Shown here one piece after another: positions 46,901 through 64,000 of a DNA stretch of 64,000 nt. The stretch is from Eledone cirrhosa (Eukaryota). The position numbers were made by a program, and so were the translations under genes. The stretch covers positions 409,510,001 to 409,574,000 of the forward strand of contig OZ024741.1 in NCBI GenBank assembly GCA_964016885.1, given 5' to 3'. The first letter of the stretch is position 1; each line of letters begins with the position of its first letter. The notes below the pieces were generated by a model. It was not told the DNA's origin. It saw only the letters and a list, made by a program, of their open reading frames with translations, and made no database searches.

Positions 46901-49900
46901 CTACTATATATATACATTGTATACACATCTACTATATATATACATTGTATACACATCTACTATATATATACATTGTATACACATCTACTTTATATATACA
47001 TTGTATACACATCTACTTTATATATATACATTGTATACACATCTACTATATATATATACATTGTATACACATCTACTATATATATATACATTGTATACAC
47101 ATCTACTATATATACATTGTATACACTACTTTATATATATACATTGTATACACATCTACTATATATATACATTGTATACACATCTACTATATATATACAT
47201 TGTATACACATCTACTATATATATACATTGTATACACATCTACTATATATACATTATATACACATCTACTATATATATACATTGTATACACATCTACTAT
47301 ATATATACATTGTATACACATCTACTTTATATATATACATTGTATACACATCTACTATATATACATTATATACACATCTACTATATATACATTGTATACA
47401 CATCTACTATATATACATTGTATACACATCTACTATATATATACATTGTATACACATCTACTATATATATATACATTGTATACACATCTACTATATATAC
47501 ATTGTATACACATCTACTATATATATACGTTGTATACACATCTACTATATATATACATTGTATACACATCTACTATATATACACATTGTATACACATCTA
47601 CTATATATATACATTGTATACACATCTACTATATATATACATTGTATACACATCTACTATATATATACATTGTATACACATCTACTATATATATATTGTA
47701 TACACATCTACTATATATACATTGTATACACATCTACTATATATATATATTGTATACACATCTACTATATATATATACATTGTATACACATCTACTATAT
47801 ATATATACATTGTATACACATCTACTATATATACATATATTGTATACACATCTACTATATATATATATTGTATACACATCTACTATATATATACATTGTA
47901 TACACATCTACTATATATATATACATTGTATACACATCTACTATATATATATACATTGTATACACATCTACTATATATACATTGTATACACATCTACTAT
48001 ATATATACATTGTATACACATCTACTATATATATATACATTGTATACACATGTACTATATATACATTGTATACACATCTACTATATATATATATTGTATA
48101 CACGTCTACTATATATACATTGTATACACATCTACTATATATATATACATTGTATACACATCTACTATATATATATACATTGTATACACATCTACTATAT
48201 ATATACATTATATACACATCTACTATATATATATTGTATACACATCTACTATATATATATTGTATACACATCTACTATATATATACATTGTATACATATC
48301 TACTATATATATACATTGTATACACATCTACTTTATATATACATTGTATACACATCTACTTTATATATATACATTGTATACACATCTACTATATATATAT
48401 ACATTATATACACATCTACTATATATATATACATTGTATACACATCTACTATATATACATTGTATACACATCTACTATATATATACATTGTATACACATC
48501 TACTATATATATATACATTGTATACACATGTACTATATATACATTGTATACACATCTACTATATATATATATTGTATACACGTCTACTATATATACATTG
48601 TATACACATCTACTATATATATATACATTGTATACACATCTACTATATATATATACATTGTATACACATCTACTATATATATACATTATATACACATCTA
48701 CTATATATATATTGTATACACATCTACTATATATATACATTGTATACACATCTACTATATATATAAATTGTATACACATCTACTATATATATACATTGTA
48801 TACACATCTACTATATATATACATTGTATATACATCAAATATATATATACATTGTATACACATCTACTATATATATACATTGTATACACATCTACTATAT
48901 ATATATACATTGTATACACATCTACTTTATATATATATATTCTATACACATCTACTATATATATACATTGTATACACATCTACTATATATATACATTGTA
49001 TACACATCTACTTTATATATATACAGTCTATACACATCTACTATATATATACATTGTATACACATCTACTATATATATATACATTGTATACACATCTACT
49101 ATATATACATTATATACACATCTACTATATATATACATTGTATACACATCTATTATATATATATATTGTATACACATCTACTATATATATATACATTCAA
49201 TACACATCTACTATATATATACATTGTATACACATCTACTATATATATTGTATACACATCTACTATATATATACATTATATACACATCTACTATATATAT
49301 ATACATTGTATACACATCGACTATATATATATACATTGTATACACATCTACTATATATATACATTGTATATACATCAAATATATATATACATCGTATACA
49401 CATCTACTATATATATACATTGTATACACATCTACTATATATATACATTGTATACAACACATCTACTATATATATATATTATATACACATCTACTATATA
49501 TATACATTGTATACACATCTACTATATATATACATTGTATACACATCTACTTTATATATATATATTCTATACACATCTACTATATATATACATTGTATAC
49601 ACATCTACTATATATATATATTATATACAAATCTACTATATATATATATATTGTATACACATCTACTATATATATACATTGTATACACATCTACTATATA
49701 TACATTGTATACACATCTACTATATATATACATTGTATACATATCTACTATATATACATTGTATACACATCTACTATATATATACATTGTATACACATCT
49801 ACTATATATATATACATTGTATACACATCTATTATATATATACATTGTATACACATCTACTATATATATATTGTATACACATCTACTATATATACATACA

Positions 49901-52900
49901 TTGTATACACATCTACTATATATATGTTGTATACACATCTACTATATATATATATACATTGTATACACATCTACTTTATATATATATATTCTATACACAT
50001 TAACTATATATATACATTGTATACACATCTACTATATATATACATTATATACACATCTACTATATATATATTGTATACACATCTACTATATATACATATA
50101 TTGTATACACATCTACTATATATATATATTGTATACACATCTACTATATATATACATTGTATACACATCTACTATATATATATACATTGTATACACATCT
50201 ACTATATATATATACATTCTATACACATCTACTATATATATACATTGTATACACATCTACTATATATATACATTGTATACACATCTACTATATATATATA
50301 CATTGTATACACATCTACTATATATACATTGTATACACATCTACTATATATATACATTGTATACACATCTACTATATATATATATATTATATACACATCT
50401 ACTATATATATATACTGTATACACATCTACTATATATACATTGTATACACATCTACTATATATATATTGTATACACATCTACTATATATATACATTGTAT
50501 ACACATCTACTATATATACACATTGTATACACATCTACTATATATACATTGTATACACATCTACTATATATATATACATTGTATACACATCTACTATATA
50601 TATATTGTATACATATCTACTATATATATACATTGTATACACATCTACTATATATATATACATTGTATACACATCTACTATATATACATTGTATACACAT
50701 CTACTATATATACATTGTATACACATCTACTATATATACATTGTATACACATCTATTATATATATATACATTGTATACACATCTACTATATATATATATA
50801 TACATTGTATACACATCTACTATATATATATTGTATACACATCTACTATATATATATACATTGTATACACATCTACTATATATATACATTGTATACACAT
50901 CTACTATATATATATACATTGTATACACATCTACTATATACATTGTATACACATCTACTATATATATACATTGTATACACATCTACTTTATATATACATT
51001 GTATACACATCTACTTTATATATATACATTGTATACACATCAACTATATATATATACATTGTATACACATCTACTATATATATGTACATTGTATGCACAT
51101 CTACTATATATACATTGTATACACATCTACTATATATATACATTGTATACACATCTACTATATATATATACATTGTATACACATGTACTATATATACATT
51201 GTATACACATCTACTATATATATATATTGTATACACGTCTACTATATATACATTGTATACACATCTACTATATATATATACATTGTATACACATCTACTA
51301 TATATATATACATTGTATACACATCTACTATATATATACATTATATACACATCTACTATATATATATTGTATACACATCTACTATATATATATTGTATAC
51401 ACATCTACTATATATATACATTGTATACACATCTACTATATATATACATTGTATACACATCTACTATATATATATACATTGTATACACATTCTACTATAT
51501 ATACATTGTATACACATCTACTATATATATACATTGTATACACATCTACTATATATATACATTGTATACACATCTACTATATACATACATTATATACACA
51601 TCTACTATATATATATATATTGTATACACATCTACTATATATATATATATTGTATACACATCTACTATATATATACATTGTATACACATCTACTATATAT
51701 ATATTGTATACACATCTACTATATATGCATACATTGTATACACATCTACTATATATATATTGTATACACATCTACTATATATATATTGTATACACATCTA
51801 CTATATATATACATTGTATACACATCTACTATATATATATACATTGTATACACTTCTACTATATATATATATTGTATACACATCTACTATATATATACAT
51901 TATATACACATCTACTATATATATATACATTGTATACACATCTACTTTATATATATATATTCTATACACATCTACTATATATATACGTTGTATACACATC
52001 TACTATATATATACATTGTATACACATCTACTATATATATACATTGTATACACATCTACTATATACATACATTATATACACATCTACTATATATATACAT
52101 TGTATACACATCTACTATATATATATATTATATACACATCTACTATATATATACATTGTATACACATCTACTATATATATATACATTGTATACACATGTA
52201 CTATATATACATTGTATACACATCTACTATATATATATACATTGTATGCACATCTACTATATATATATACATTGTATACACATGTACTATATATACATTG
52301 TATACACATCTATTATATATATATATTGTATACACATCTACTATATATATACATTGTATACACATCTACTATATATACATTGTATACACGTCTACTATAT
52401 ATATTGTATACACATCTACTATATATATACATTATATACACATCTACTATATATATATACATTGTATACACATCTATTATATATATATACATTGTATACA
52501 CATCGACTATATATATACATTGTATATACATCAAATATATATATACATTGTATACACATCTACTATATATATACATTGTATACACATCTACTATATATAT
52601 ACATTGTATACACATCTACTATATATATACATTGTATACACATCTACTATATATATACATTGTATACACATCTACTATATATATACATTGTATACACATC
52701 TACTATATATATACATTGTATACACATCTACTTTATATATATACATTCTATACACATCTACTATATATATACATTGTATACACATCTACTTTATATATAT
52801 ACATTCTATACACATCTACTATATATATACATTGTATACACATCTACTATATATATATACATTGTATACACATCTACTATATATTCATTATATACACATC

Positions 52901-55900
52901 TACTATATATATACATTGTATACACATCTATTATATATATATATTGTATACACATCTACTATATATATATACATTCAATACACATCTACTATATATATAC
53001 ATTGTATACACATCTACTATATATATACATTATATACACATCTACTATATATATATACATTGTATACACATCGACTATATATATATACATTGTATACACA
53101 TCTACTATATATATACATTGTATACACATCTACTATATATATATACATTGTATACACATCTACTATATATATACATTGTATACACATCTACTATATATAC
53201 ATTGTATACACATCTACTATATATACATTGTATACACATCTACTATATATATATATACATTGTATACACATCTACTATATATATACATTGTATATACATC
53301 AAATATATATATACATCATATACACATCTACTATATATATACATTGTATACATATCTACTATATATATACATTGTATACACATCTACTATATATATATAC
53401 ATTGTATACACATCTACTATATATATACATTGTATACAACATATCTACTATATATATATATTGTATACACATCTACTATATATATACATTGTATACACAT
53501 CTACTATATATACATTGTATACACATCTACTATATATATACATTGTATACACATCTACTATATATACATTGTATACACATCTACTATATATATACATTGT
53601 ATACACATCTACTATATATACATTGTATACATATCTACTATATATACATTGTATACACATCTACTATATATATATACATTTTATACACATCTACTATATA
53701 TATATACATTGTATACACATCTACTATATATATACATTGTATACACATCTACTATATATATATATATTGTATACACATCTACTATATATATTGTATACAA
53801 ATCTACTATATATATACATTGTATACACATCTACTATATATAGATTGTATACACATCTACTATATATACATTGTATACACATCTACTATATATACATTGT
53901 ATACACATCTACTATATATATATATTGTATACAAATCTACTATATATATACATTGTATACACATCTACTATATATACATTGTATACACATCCACTATATA
54001 TATACATTGTATACACATCTACTATATATATACATTGTATACACATCTACTATATATATACATTATATACACATCTACTATATATACATTGTATACACAT
54101 CTACTATATATATATACATTGTATACACATCTACTATATATATACATTGTATATACATCAAATATATGTATACATTGTATACACATCTACTATATATATA
54201 CATTGTATGCACATCTACTATATATATATACATTGTATACACATCTACTATATATACATTGTATACACATCTACTATATATATACATTGTATACACATCT
54301 ACTATATATATACATTGTATACACATCTACTATATATATACATTGTATACACATCTACTATATATATATATATTGTATACACATCTACTATATATATACA
54401 TTGTATACACATCTACTAAATATATATTGTATACACATCTACTATATATACATACATTGTATACACATCTACTATATACATTGTATACACATCTACTATA
54501 TATATATATACATTGTATACACATCTACTATACATATACATTGTATACACATCTACTATATATATATACATTGTATACACATCTACTATATATATATTGT
54601 ATACACATCTACTATATATATATATACATTGTATACACATCTACTATACATATACATTGTATACACATCTACTATATACATACATTGTATACACATCTAC
54701 TATATATACATTGTATACACATCTACTATATATATACATTGTATACACATCTACTATATATATATACATTGTATACACATCTACTATATATATACATTGT
54801 ATACACATCTACTATATATATATACATTGTATACACATCAACTATATATATACATTGTATACACATCTACTATATATATATACATTGTATACACATCTAC
54901 TATATATATACATTGTATACACATCTACTATATATACATTGTATACACATCTACTATATATACATTGTATACACATCTACTATATATATATGTTGTATAC
55001 ACATCTACTATATATATATACATTGTATACACATCTACTATATATATATACATTGTATACACATGTACTATATATACATTGTATACACATCTATTATATA
55101 TATACATTGTATACACATCTACTATATATATATTGTATACACATCTACTATATATATATACATTGTATACACATCTACTATATATATACATTGTATACAC
55201 ATCTACTATATATATATTGTATACATATCTACTATATATATATACATTGTATACACATCTACTATATATATACATTGTATACACATCTACTATATATATA
55301 TTGTATACACATCTACTATATATATATACATTGTATACACATCTACTATATATATACATTGTATACACATCTACTATATATATATACATTGTATACACAT
55401 CTACTATACACATTGTATACACATCTACTATATATATATACATTGTATACACATCTACTATATATATATTGTATACACATCTACTATATATATATACATT
55501 GTATACACATCTACTATATATATATTGTATACACACCTACTATATACATACATTGTATACACATCTACTATATATACATTGCATACACATCTACTATATA
55601 TATACATTGTATACACATCTACTATATATATACATTGTATACACATCTACTATATATATACATTGTATATACATCTACTATATATATACATTGTATACAC
55701 ATCTACTATATATATATACATTGTATACACATCTACTATATATATACATTGTATACACATCTACTATATATATATACATTGTATACACATCTACTATATA
55801 TATACATTGTATACACATCTACTATATATATATACATTGTATACACATCTACTATATATATACATTGTATACACATCTACTATATATACATTGTATACAC

Positions 55901-58900
55901 ATCTACTATATATATACATTGTATACACATCTACTATATATACATTGTATACACATCTACTATATATATACATTGTATACACATCTACTATATATATACA
56001 TTGTATACACATCTACTATATATATACATTGTATACACATCTACTATATATACATTGTATACACATCTACTATATATATACATTGTATACACATCTACTA
56101 TATATATACATTGTATACACATCTACTATATATATACATTGTATACACATCCACTATATATATATATATTGTATACACATCTACTATATATATACATTGT
56201 ATACACATCTACTATATATATTGTATACACATCTACTATATATACATACATTGTATACACATCTACTATATACATTGTATACACATCTACTATATATATA
56301 TATACATTGTATACACATCTACTATACATATACATTGTATACACATCTACTATATATAAATACATTGTATACACATCTACTATATATATATTGTATACAC
56401 ACCTACTATATACATACATTGTATACACATCTACTATATATACATTGTATACACATCTACTATATATATACATTGTATACACATCTACTATATATATATA
56501 CATTGTGTACACATCTACTATATATATACATTGTATACACATCTACTATATATATATACATTGTATACACATCAACTATATATATACATTGTATACACAT
56601 CTACTATATATATATACATTGTATACACATCTACTATATATATACATTGTATACACATCTACTATATATACATTGTATACACATCTACTATATATACATT
56701 GTATACACATCTACTATATATATATGTTGTATACACATCTACTATATATATATACATTGTATACACATCTACTATATATATATACATTGTATACACATGT
56801 ACTATATATACATTGTATACACATCTATTATATATATACATTGTATACAAATCTACTATATATATATTGTATACACATCTACTATATATATATACATTGT
56901 ATACACATCTACTATATATATACATTGTATACACATCTACTATATATATATTGTATACACATCTACTATATATATATACATTGTATACACATCTACTATA
57001 TATATACATTGTATACACATCTACTATATATATATATTGTATACACATCTACTATATATATATACATTCTATACACATCTACTATATATATACATTGTAT
57101 ACACATCTACTATATATATACATTGTATACACATCTACTATATACATTGTATACACATCTACTATATATATATACATTGTATACACATCTACTATATATA
57201 TACATTGTATACACATCTACTTCATATATATACATTCTATACACATCTACTATATATATACATTGTATACACATCTACTATATATATACATTGTATACAC
57301 ATCTACTTTATATATATACATTCTATACACATCTACTATATATATACATTGTATACACATCTACTATATATATATACATTGTATACACATCTACTATATA
57401 TTCATTATATACACATCTACTATATATATACATTGTATACACATCTATTATATATATATATTGTATACACATCTACTATATATATATACATTCAATACAC
57501 ATCTACTATATATATACATTGTATACACATCTACTATATATATACATTATATACACATCTACTATATATATATACATTGTATACACATCGACTATATATA
57601 TATACATTGTATACACATCTACTATATATATACATTGTATACACATCTACTATATATATATACATTGTATACACATCTACTATATATATACATTGTATAC
57701 ACATCTACTATATATACATTGTATACACATCTACTATATATACATTGTATACACATCTACTATATATATATACATTGTATACACATCTACTATATATATA
57801 CATTGTATATACATCAAATATATATATACATCGTATACACATCTACTATATATATACATTGTATACACATCTACTATATATATACATTGTATACACATCT
57901 ACTATATATATATACATTGTATACACATCTACTATATATATACATTGTATACAACATATCTACTATATATATATATTGTATACACATCTACTATATATAT
58001 ACATTGTATACACATCTACTATATATACATTGTATACACATCTACTATATATATACATTGTATACACATCTACTATATATACATTGTATACACATCTACT
58101 ATATATATACATTGTATACACATCTACTATATATACATTGTATACACATCTACTATATATACATTGTATACATATCTACTATATATACATTGTATACACA
58201 TCTACTATATATATATATACATTTTATACACATCTACTATATATATATACATTGTATACACATCTACTATATATATATACGTTGTATACACATCTACTAT
58301 ATATATACATTGTATACACATCTACTATATATATATATTGTATACACATCTACTATATATATTGTATACACATCTACTATATATATACATTGTATACACA
58401 TCTACTATATATACATTGTATACACATCTACTATATATACATTGTATACACATCTACTATATATATATATTGTATACAAATCTACTATATATATACATTG
58501 TATACACATCTACTATATATACATTGTATACACATCCACTATATATATACATTGTATACACATCTACTATATATATACATTGTATACACATCTACTATAT
58601 ATATACATTATATACACATCTACTATATATACATTGTATACACATCTACTATATATATATACATTGTATACACACCTACTATATATATACATTGTATATA
58701 CATCAAATATATATATATACATTGTATACACATCTACTATATATATACATTGTATACACATCTACTATATATATATACATTGTATACACATCTACTATAT
58801 ATACATTGTATACACATCTACTATATATATACATTGTATACACATCTACTATATATATACATTGTATACACATCTACTATATATATACATTGTATACACA

Positions 58901-61900
58901 TCTACTATATATATATATATTGTATACACATCTACTATATATATACATTGTATACACATCTACTAAATATATATTGTATACACATCTACTATATATACAT
59001 ACATTGTATACACATCTACTATATACATTGTATACACATCTACTATATATATATATACATTGTATACACATCTACTATACATATACATTGTATACACATC
59101 TACTATATATATATACATTGTATACACATCTACTATATATATATTGTATACACATCTACTATATATATATATACATTGTATACACATCTACTATACATAT
59201 ACATTGTATACACATCTACTATATACATACATTGTATACACATCTACTATATATACATTGTATACACATCTACTATATATATACATTGTATACACATCTA
59301 CTATATATATATACATTGTATACACATCTACTATATATATACATTGTATACACATCTACTATATATATATACATTGTATACACATCAACTATATATATAC
59401 ATTGTATACACATCTACTATATATATATACATTGTATACACATCTACTATATATATACATTGTATACACATCTACTATATATACATTGTATACACATCTA
59501 CTATATATACATTGTATACACATCTACTATATATATATGTTGTATACACATCTACTATATATATATACATTGTATACACATCTACTATATATATATACAT
59601 TGTATACACATGTACTATATATACATTGTATACACATCTATTATATATATACATTGTATACACATCTACTATATATATATTGTATACACATCTACTATAT
59701 ATATATACATTGTATACACATCTACTATATATATACATTGTATACACATCTACTATATATATATTGTATACATATCTACTATATATATATACATTGTATA
59801 AACATCTACTATATATATACATTGTATACACATCTACTATATATATATTGTATACACATCTACTATATATATATACATTGTATACACATCTACTATATAT
59901 ATACATTGTATACACATCTACTATATATATACATTGTATACACATCTACTATATACATTGTATACACATCTACTATATATATATACATTGTATACACATC
60001 TACTATATATATATATATATACATTGTATACACATCTACTATATATATATTGTATACACATCTACTATATATATATTGTATACACACCTACTATATACAT
60101 ACATTGTATACACATCTACTATATATACATTGTATACACATCTACTATATATATACATTGTATACACATCTACTATATATATACATTGTATACACATCTA
60201 CTATATATATTCATTGTATATACATCTACTATATATATACATTGTATACACATCTACTATATATATATACATTGTATACACATCTACTATATATATACAT
60301 TGTATACACATCTACTATATATATATACATTGTATACACATCTACTATATATATACATTGTATACACATCTACTATATATATATACATTGTATACACATC
60401 TACTATATATATACATTGTATACACATCTACTATATATACATTGTATACACATCTACTATATATATACATTGTATACACATCTACTATATATACATTGTA
60501 TACACATCTACTATATATATACATTGTATACACATCTACTATATATATACATTGTATACACATCTACTATATATATACATTGTATACACATCTACTATAT
60601 ATATACATTGTATACACATCTACTATATATATACATTGTATACACATCTACTATATATACATTGTATACACATCTACTATATATATACATTGTATACACA
60701 TCTACTATATATATACATTGTATACACATCTACTATATATATACATTGTATACACATCTACTATATATATATATATTGTATACACATCTACTATATATAT
60801 ACATTGTATACACATCTACTATATATATATTGTATACACATCTACTATATATACATACATTGTATACACATCTACTATATACATTGTATACACATCTACT
60901 ATATATATATTGTATACACATCTACTATATATACATACATTGTATACACATCTACTATATACATTGTATACACATCTACTATACATATACATTGTATACA
61001 CATCTACTATATATATATACATTGTATACACATCTACTATATATATATTGTATACACACCTACTATATACATACATTGTATACACATCTACTATATATAC
61101 ATTGTATACACATCTACTATATATATACATTGTATACACATCTACTATATATATATACATTGTATACACATCTACTATATATATACATTGTATACACATC
61201 TACTATATATATATACATTGTATACACATCAACTATATATATACATTGTATACACATCTACTATATATATATACATTGTATACACATCTACTATATATAT
61301 ACATTGTATACACATCTACTATATATACATTGTATACACATCTACTATATATACATTGTATACACATCTACTATATGTATATGTTGTATACACATCTACT
61401 ATATATATATACATTGTATACACATCTACTATATATATATACATTGTATATACATGTACTATATATACATTGTATACACATCTATTATATATATACATTG
61501 TATACACATCTACTATATATATATTGTATACACATCTACTATATATATATACATTGTATACACATCTACTATATATATACATTGTATACACATCTACTAT
61601 ATATATATTGTATACACATCTACTATATATATATACATTGTATACACATCTACTATATATATACATTGTATACACATCTACTATATATATATATTGTATA
61701 CACATCTACTATATATATATACATTCTATACACATCTACTATATATATACATTGTATACACATCTACTATATATATACATTGTATACACATCTACTATAT
61801 ACATTGTATACACATCTACTATATATATATACATTGTATACACATCTACTATATATATATATATATATACATTGTATACACATGTACTATATATATATTG

Positions 61901-62967
61901 TATACACATCTACTATATATATATATATACATTGTATACACATCTACTATATATATATTGTATACACACCTACTATATACATACATTGTATACACATCTA
62001 CTATATATACATTGTATACACATCTACTATATATATACATTGTATACACATCTACTATATATATACATCTACTATATATATACATTGTATACACATCTAC
62101 TATATATATATACATTGTATACACATCTACTATATATATACATTGTATACACTATTACTATATATATATACATTGTATACACATCTACTATATATATACA
62201 TTGTATACACATCTACTATATATACATTGTATACACATCTACTATATATATATATATTGTATACACATCTACTATATATATATACATTGTATACACATCT
62301 ACTATATATATACATTATATACACATCTACTATATATATATATACATTGTATACACATCTACTATATATATACATTCTATACACATCTACTATATATATA
62401 CATTGTATACACATCTACTATATATATACATTGTATACACATCTACTATATACATACATTGTATACACATCTACTATATATATACATTGTATACACATCT
62501 ACTATATATATATTGTATACACATCTACTATATATATATTGTATACACTACTATATATATATACATTGTATACACATCTACTATATATATATATACATTG
62601 TATACACATCTACTATATATATATATACATTGTATACACATCTACTATATATATATATACATTGTATACACATCTACTATATATACATTGTATACACATC
62701 TACTATATATATATATATTGTATACACATCTACTATATATATATACATTGTATACACATCCACTATATATATACATTGTATACACATCCACTATATATAT
62801 ACATTGTATACACATCTACTATATATACATTGTATACACATCCACTATATATATACATTGTATACACATCTACTATATATATACTGTATACACATCCACT
62901 ATATATATACATTGTATACACATCTACTATATATACATTGTATACACATCCACTATATATATACATT
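43951..62967. repeat. ~19-kb satellite CATTGTATACACATCTAC(TA)n, units mostly 24-32 bp, roughly 650-700 copies
   Basis: Directly visible, with degenerate units at 43951-44120. Copy number is estimated from length divided by unit size. Confidence 0.98.
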
Positions 62968-64000
62968 GAAAACAGAACCCAGATCCCCTCAGGGAAATGG
63001 CCTTGCTCAGTATGTAGGAAAGGTGTAGGTAGGAACTCCATTCTCTACCCCAAATGCAAACAATGGGTACACAAGAGATGTAGCGGGATCTCAGGAAGCT
63101 TAATTAAGAATGTAGGATTCACATGCAGCAGCTGTGCTGAAACAGCAAGCAAACAGCCACAGGAAACAAGTACCACCAATCTCTGGGAGGGCCCTGTAGA
63201 AACAGTAGACAGCTTCTGCTACCTAGGTGACCGAATTAGCAACGGAGGTGGGTGCTCAGAAAGTACAATAACTAGGGTAAGAACGGGATGGAAGAAGTTT
63301 AGGGAACTACTACCACTGCTAGCTGCAAAAGGCTTCTCCCTCAGAATGAAAGGCAGACTGTATGATGCGTGTATCCGAACAGCGATGTTGCATGGTAGTG
63401 AGACCTGGGCGCTGAAGGTGGAAGACTTACGTAGATTAGAGAGAAACGACGCCTGCATGCTCCGATGGATGTGTAACAGTAATATACGTGAACGACAAAG
63501 CATAAAGGAATTGAGAGAGAGACTGAGCATAAGAGGAATCAAATGCTGCGTGCAGGAGAGGCGGTTACGCTGGTATGGACATGTGATGCGTATGAAGGAT
63601 GACAGCTGCATAAAAAGGTGCAGAGCACTAGAAGTTGATGGAAACCGCGGAGTGGGGAGACCCAAGATGACTTGGGATGAGGTGATAAAAGCCGACCTTA
63701 CCCAACTACACCTCTCAAAGTCAATGACACACGACCGTGACTTCTGGCGTCACGCAGTAATACAGGGTACCCGACCTCCCATGGGTACATGCTGAAGCAT
63801 ATAAACAATATGCCCCCCCCCCCCCCACCGCAAGGTGGTCGTGGAGATGCCACAGCAAAAAAGCACCCAGCCCACACTGTAAAGTGGACGTGTAGGCGCC
63901 ACGAAAAAGCACCCAGCACTCACTGTAAATGAGGTTGGTGTTAGGAAGGGCATCCAGCTGTAGAAATCAAGCCAGATCAGTTCCTGTATGAGCAAGGCAT
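62968..64000 (+). mobile_element. 5'-truncated RTE-b copy with an open frame (runs off the window)
   Basis: Near-identical to 11382-12400 but without the 11640 frameshift. Stop at 63795. Confidence 0.95.

Noticed and set aside
44233-63795. 6520-aa ORF fused to the RTE C-terminus, and other giant Y/I/H/T ORFs
   Set aside because: The satellite unit has no TAA, TAG or TGA on the plus strand, so all three frames stay open for long stretches. Variable (TA)n spacers cycle the same peptides, and the in-frame RTE fusion is a one-in-three chance.

Overview
This is AT-rich, microsatellite-dense metazoan DNA. The SINE and RTE repertoire suggests an octopod cephalopod (inference). No prokaryotic features or CRISPR arrays are present. 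The only confidently identifiable host gene is a minus-strand heparanase-like (GH79) gene; its last two coding exons are at 22981-23127 and 18192-18348. The intron upstream of these exons appears to run past the window end (>40 kb). It contains (i) an 18-kb head-to-tail array of six Tx1-clade LINEs from three families, each separated by (GATA)n tracts, and (ii) a ~19-kb CATTGTATACACATCTAC(TA)n satellite with higher-order duplications, bracketed by 5'-truncated RTE LINEs. The left part holds two near-full-length head-to-head RTE LINEs whose RT region embeds a C4HC3 PHD finger. It also holds a Penelope-like GIY-YIG remnant with a degenerate hammerhead ribozyme, SINEs, TIR MITEs and nested minisatellites. 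The best candidate for an undescribed system is the GATA-microsatellite-associated Tx1 array. Its elements share candidate 3'-UTR pseudoknots, a putative 67-nt 5'-UTR intron in both full-length families, and a splice donor at the ORF1/ORF2 boundary. All family calls come from motif recognition by eye, not database searches, and element boundaries are approximate.
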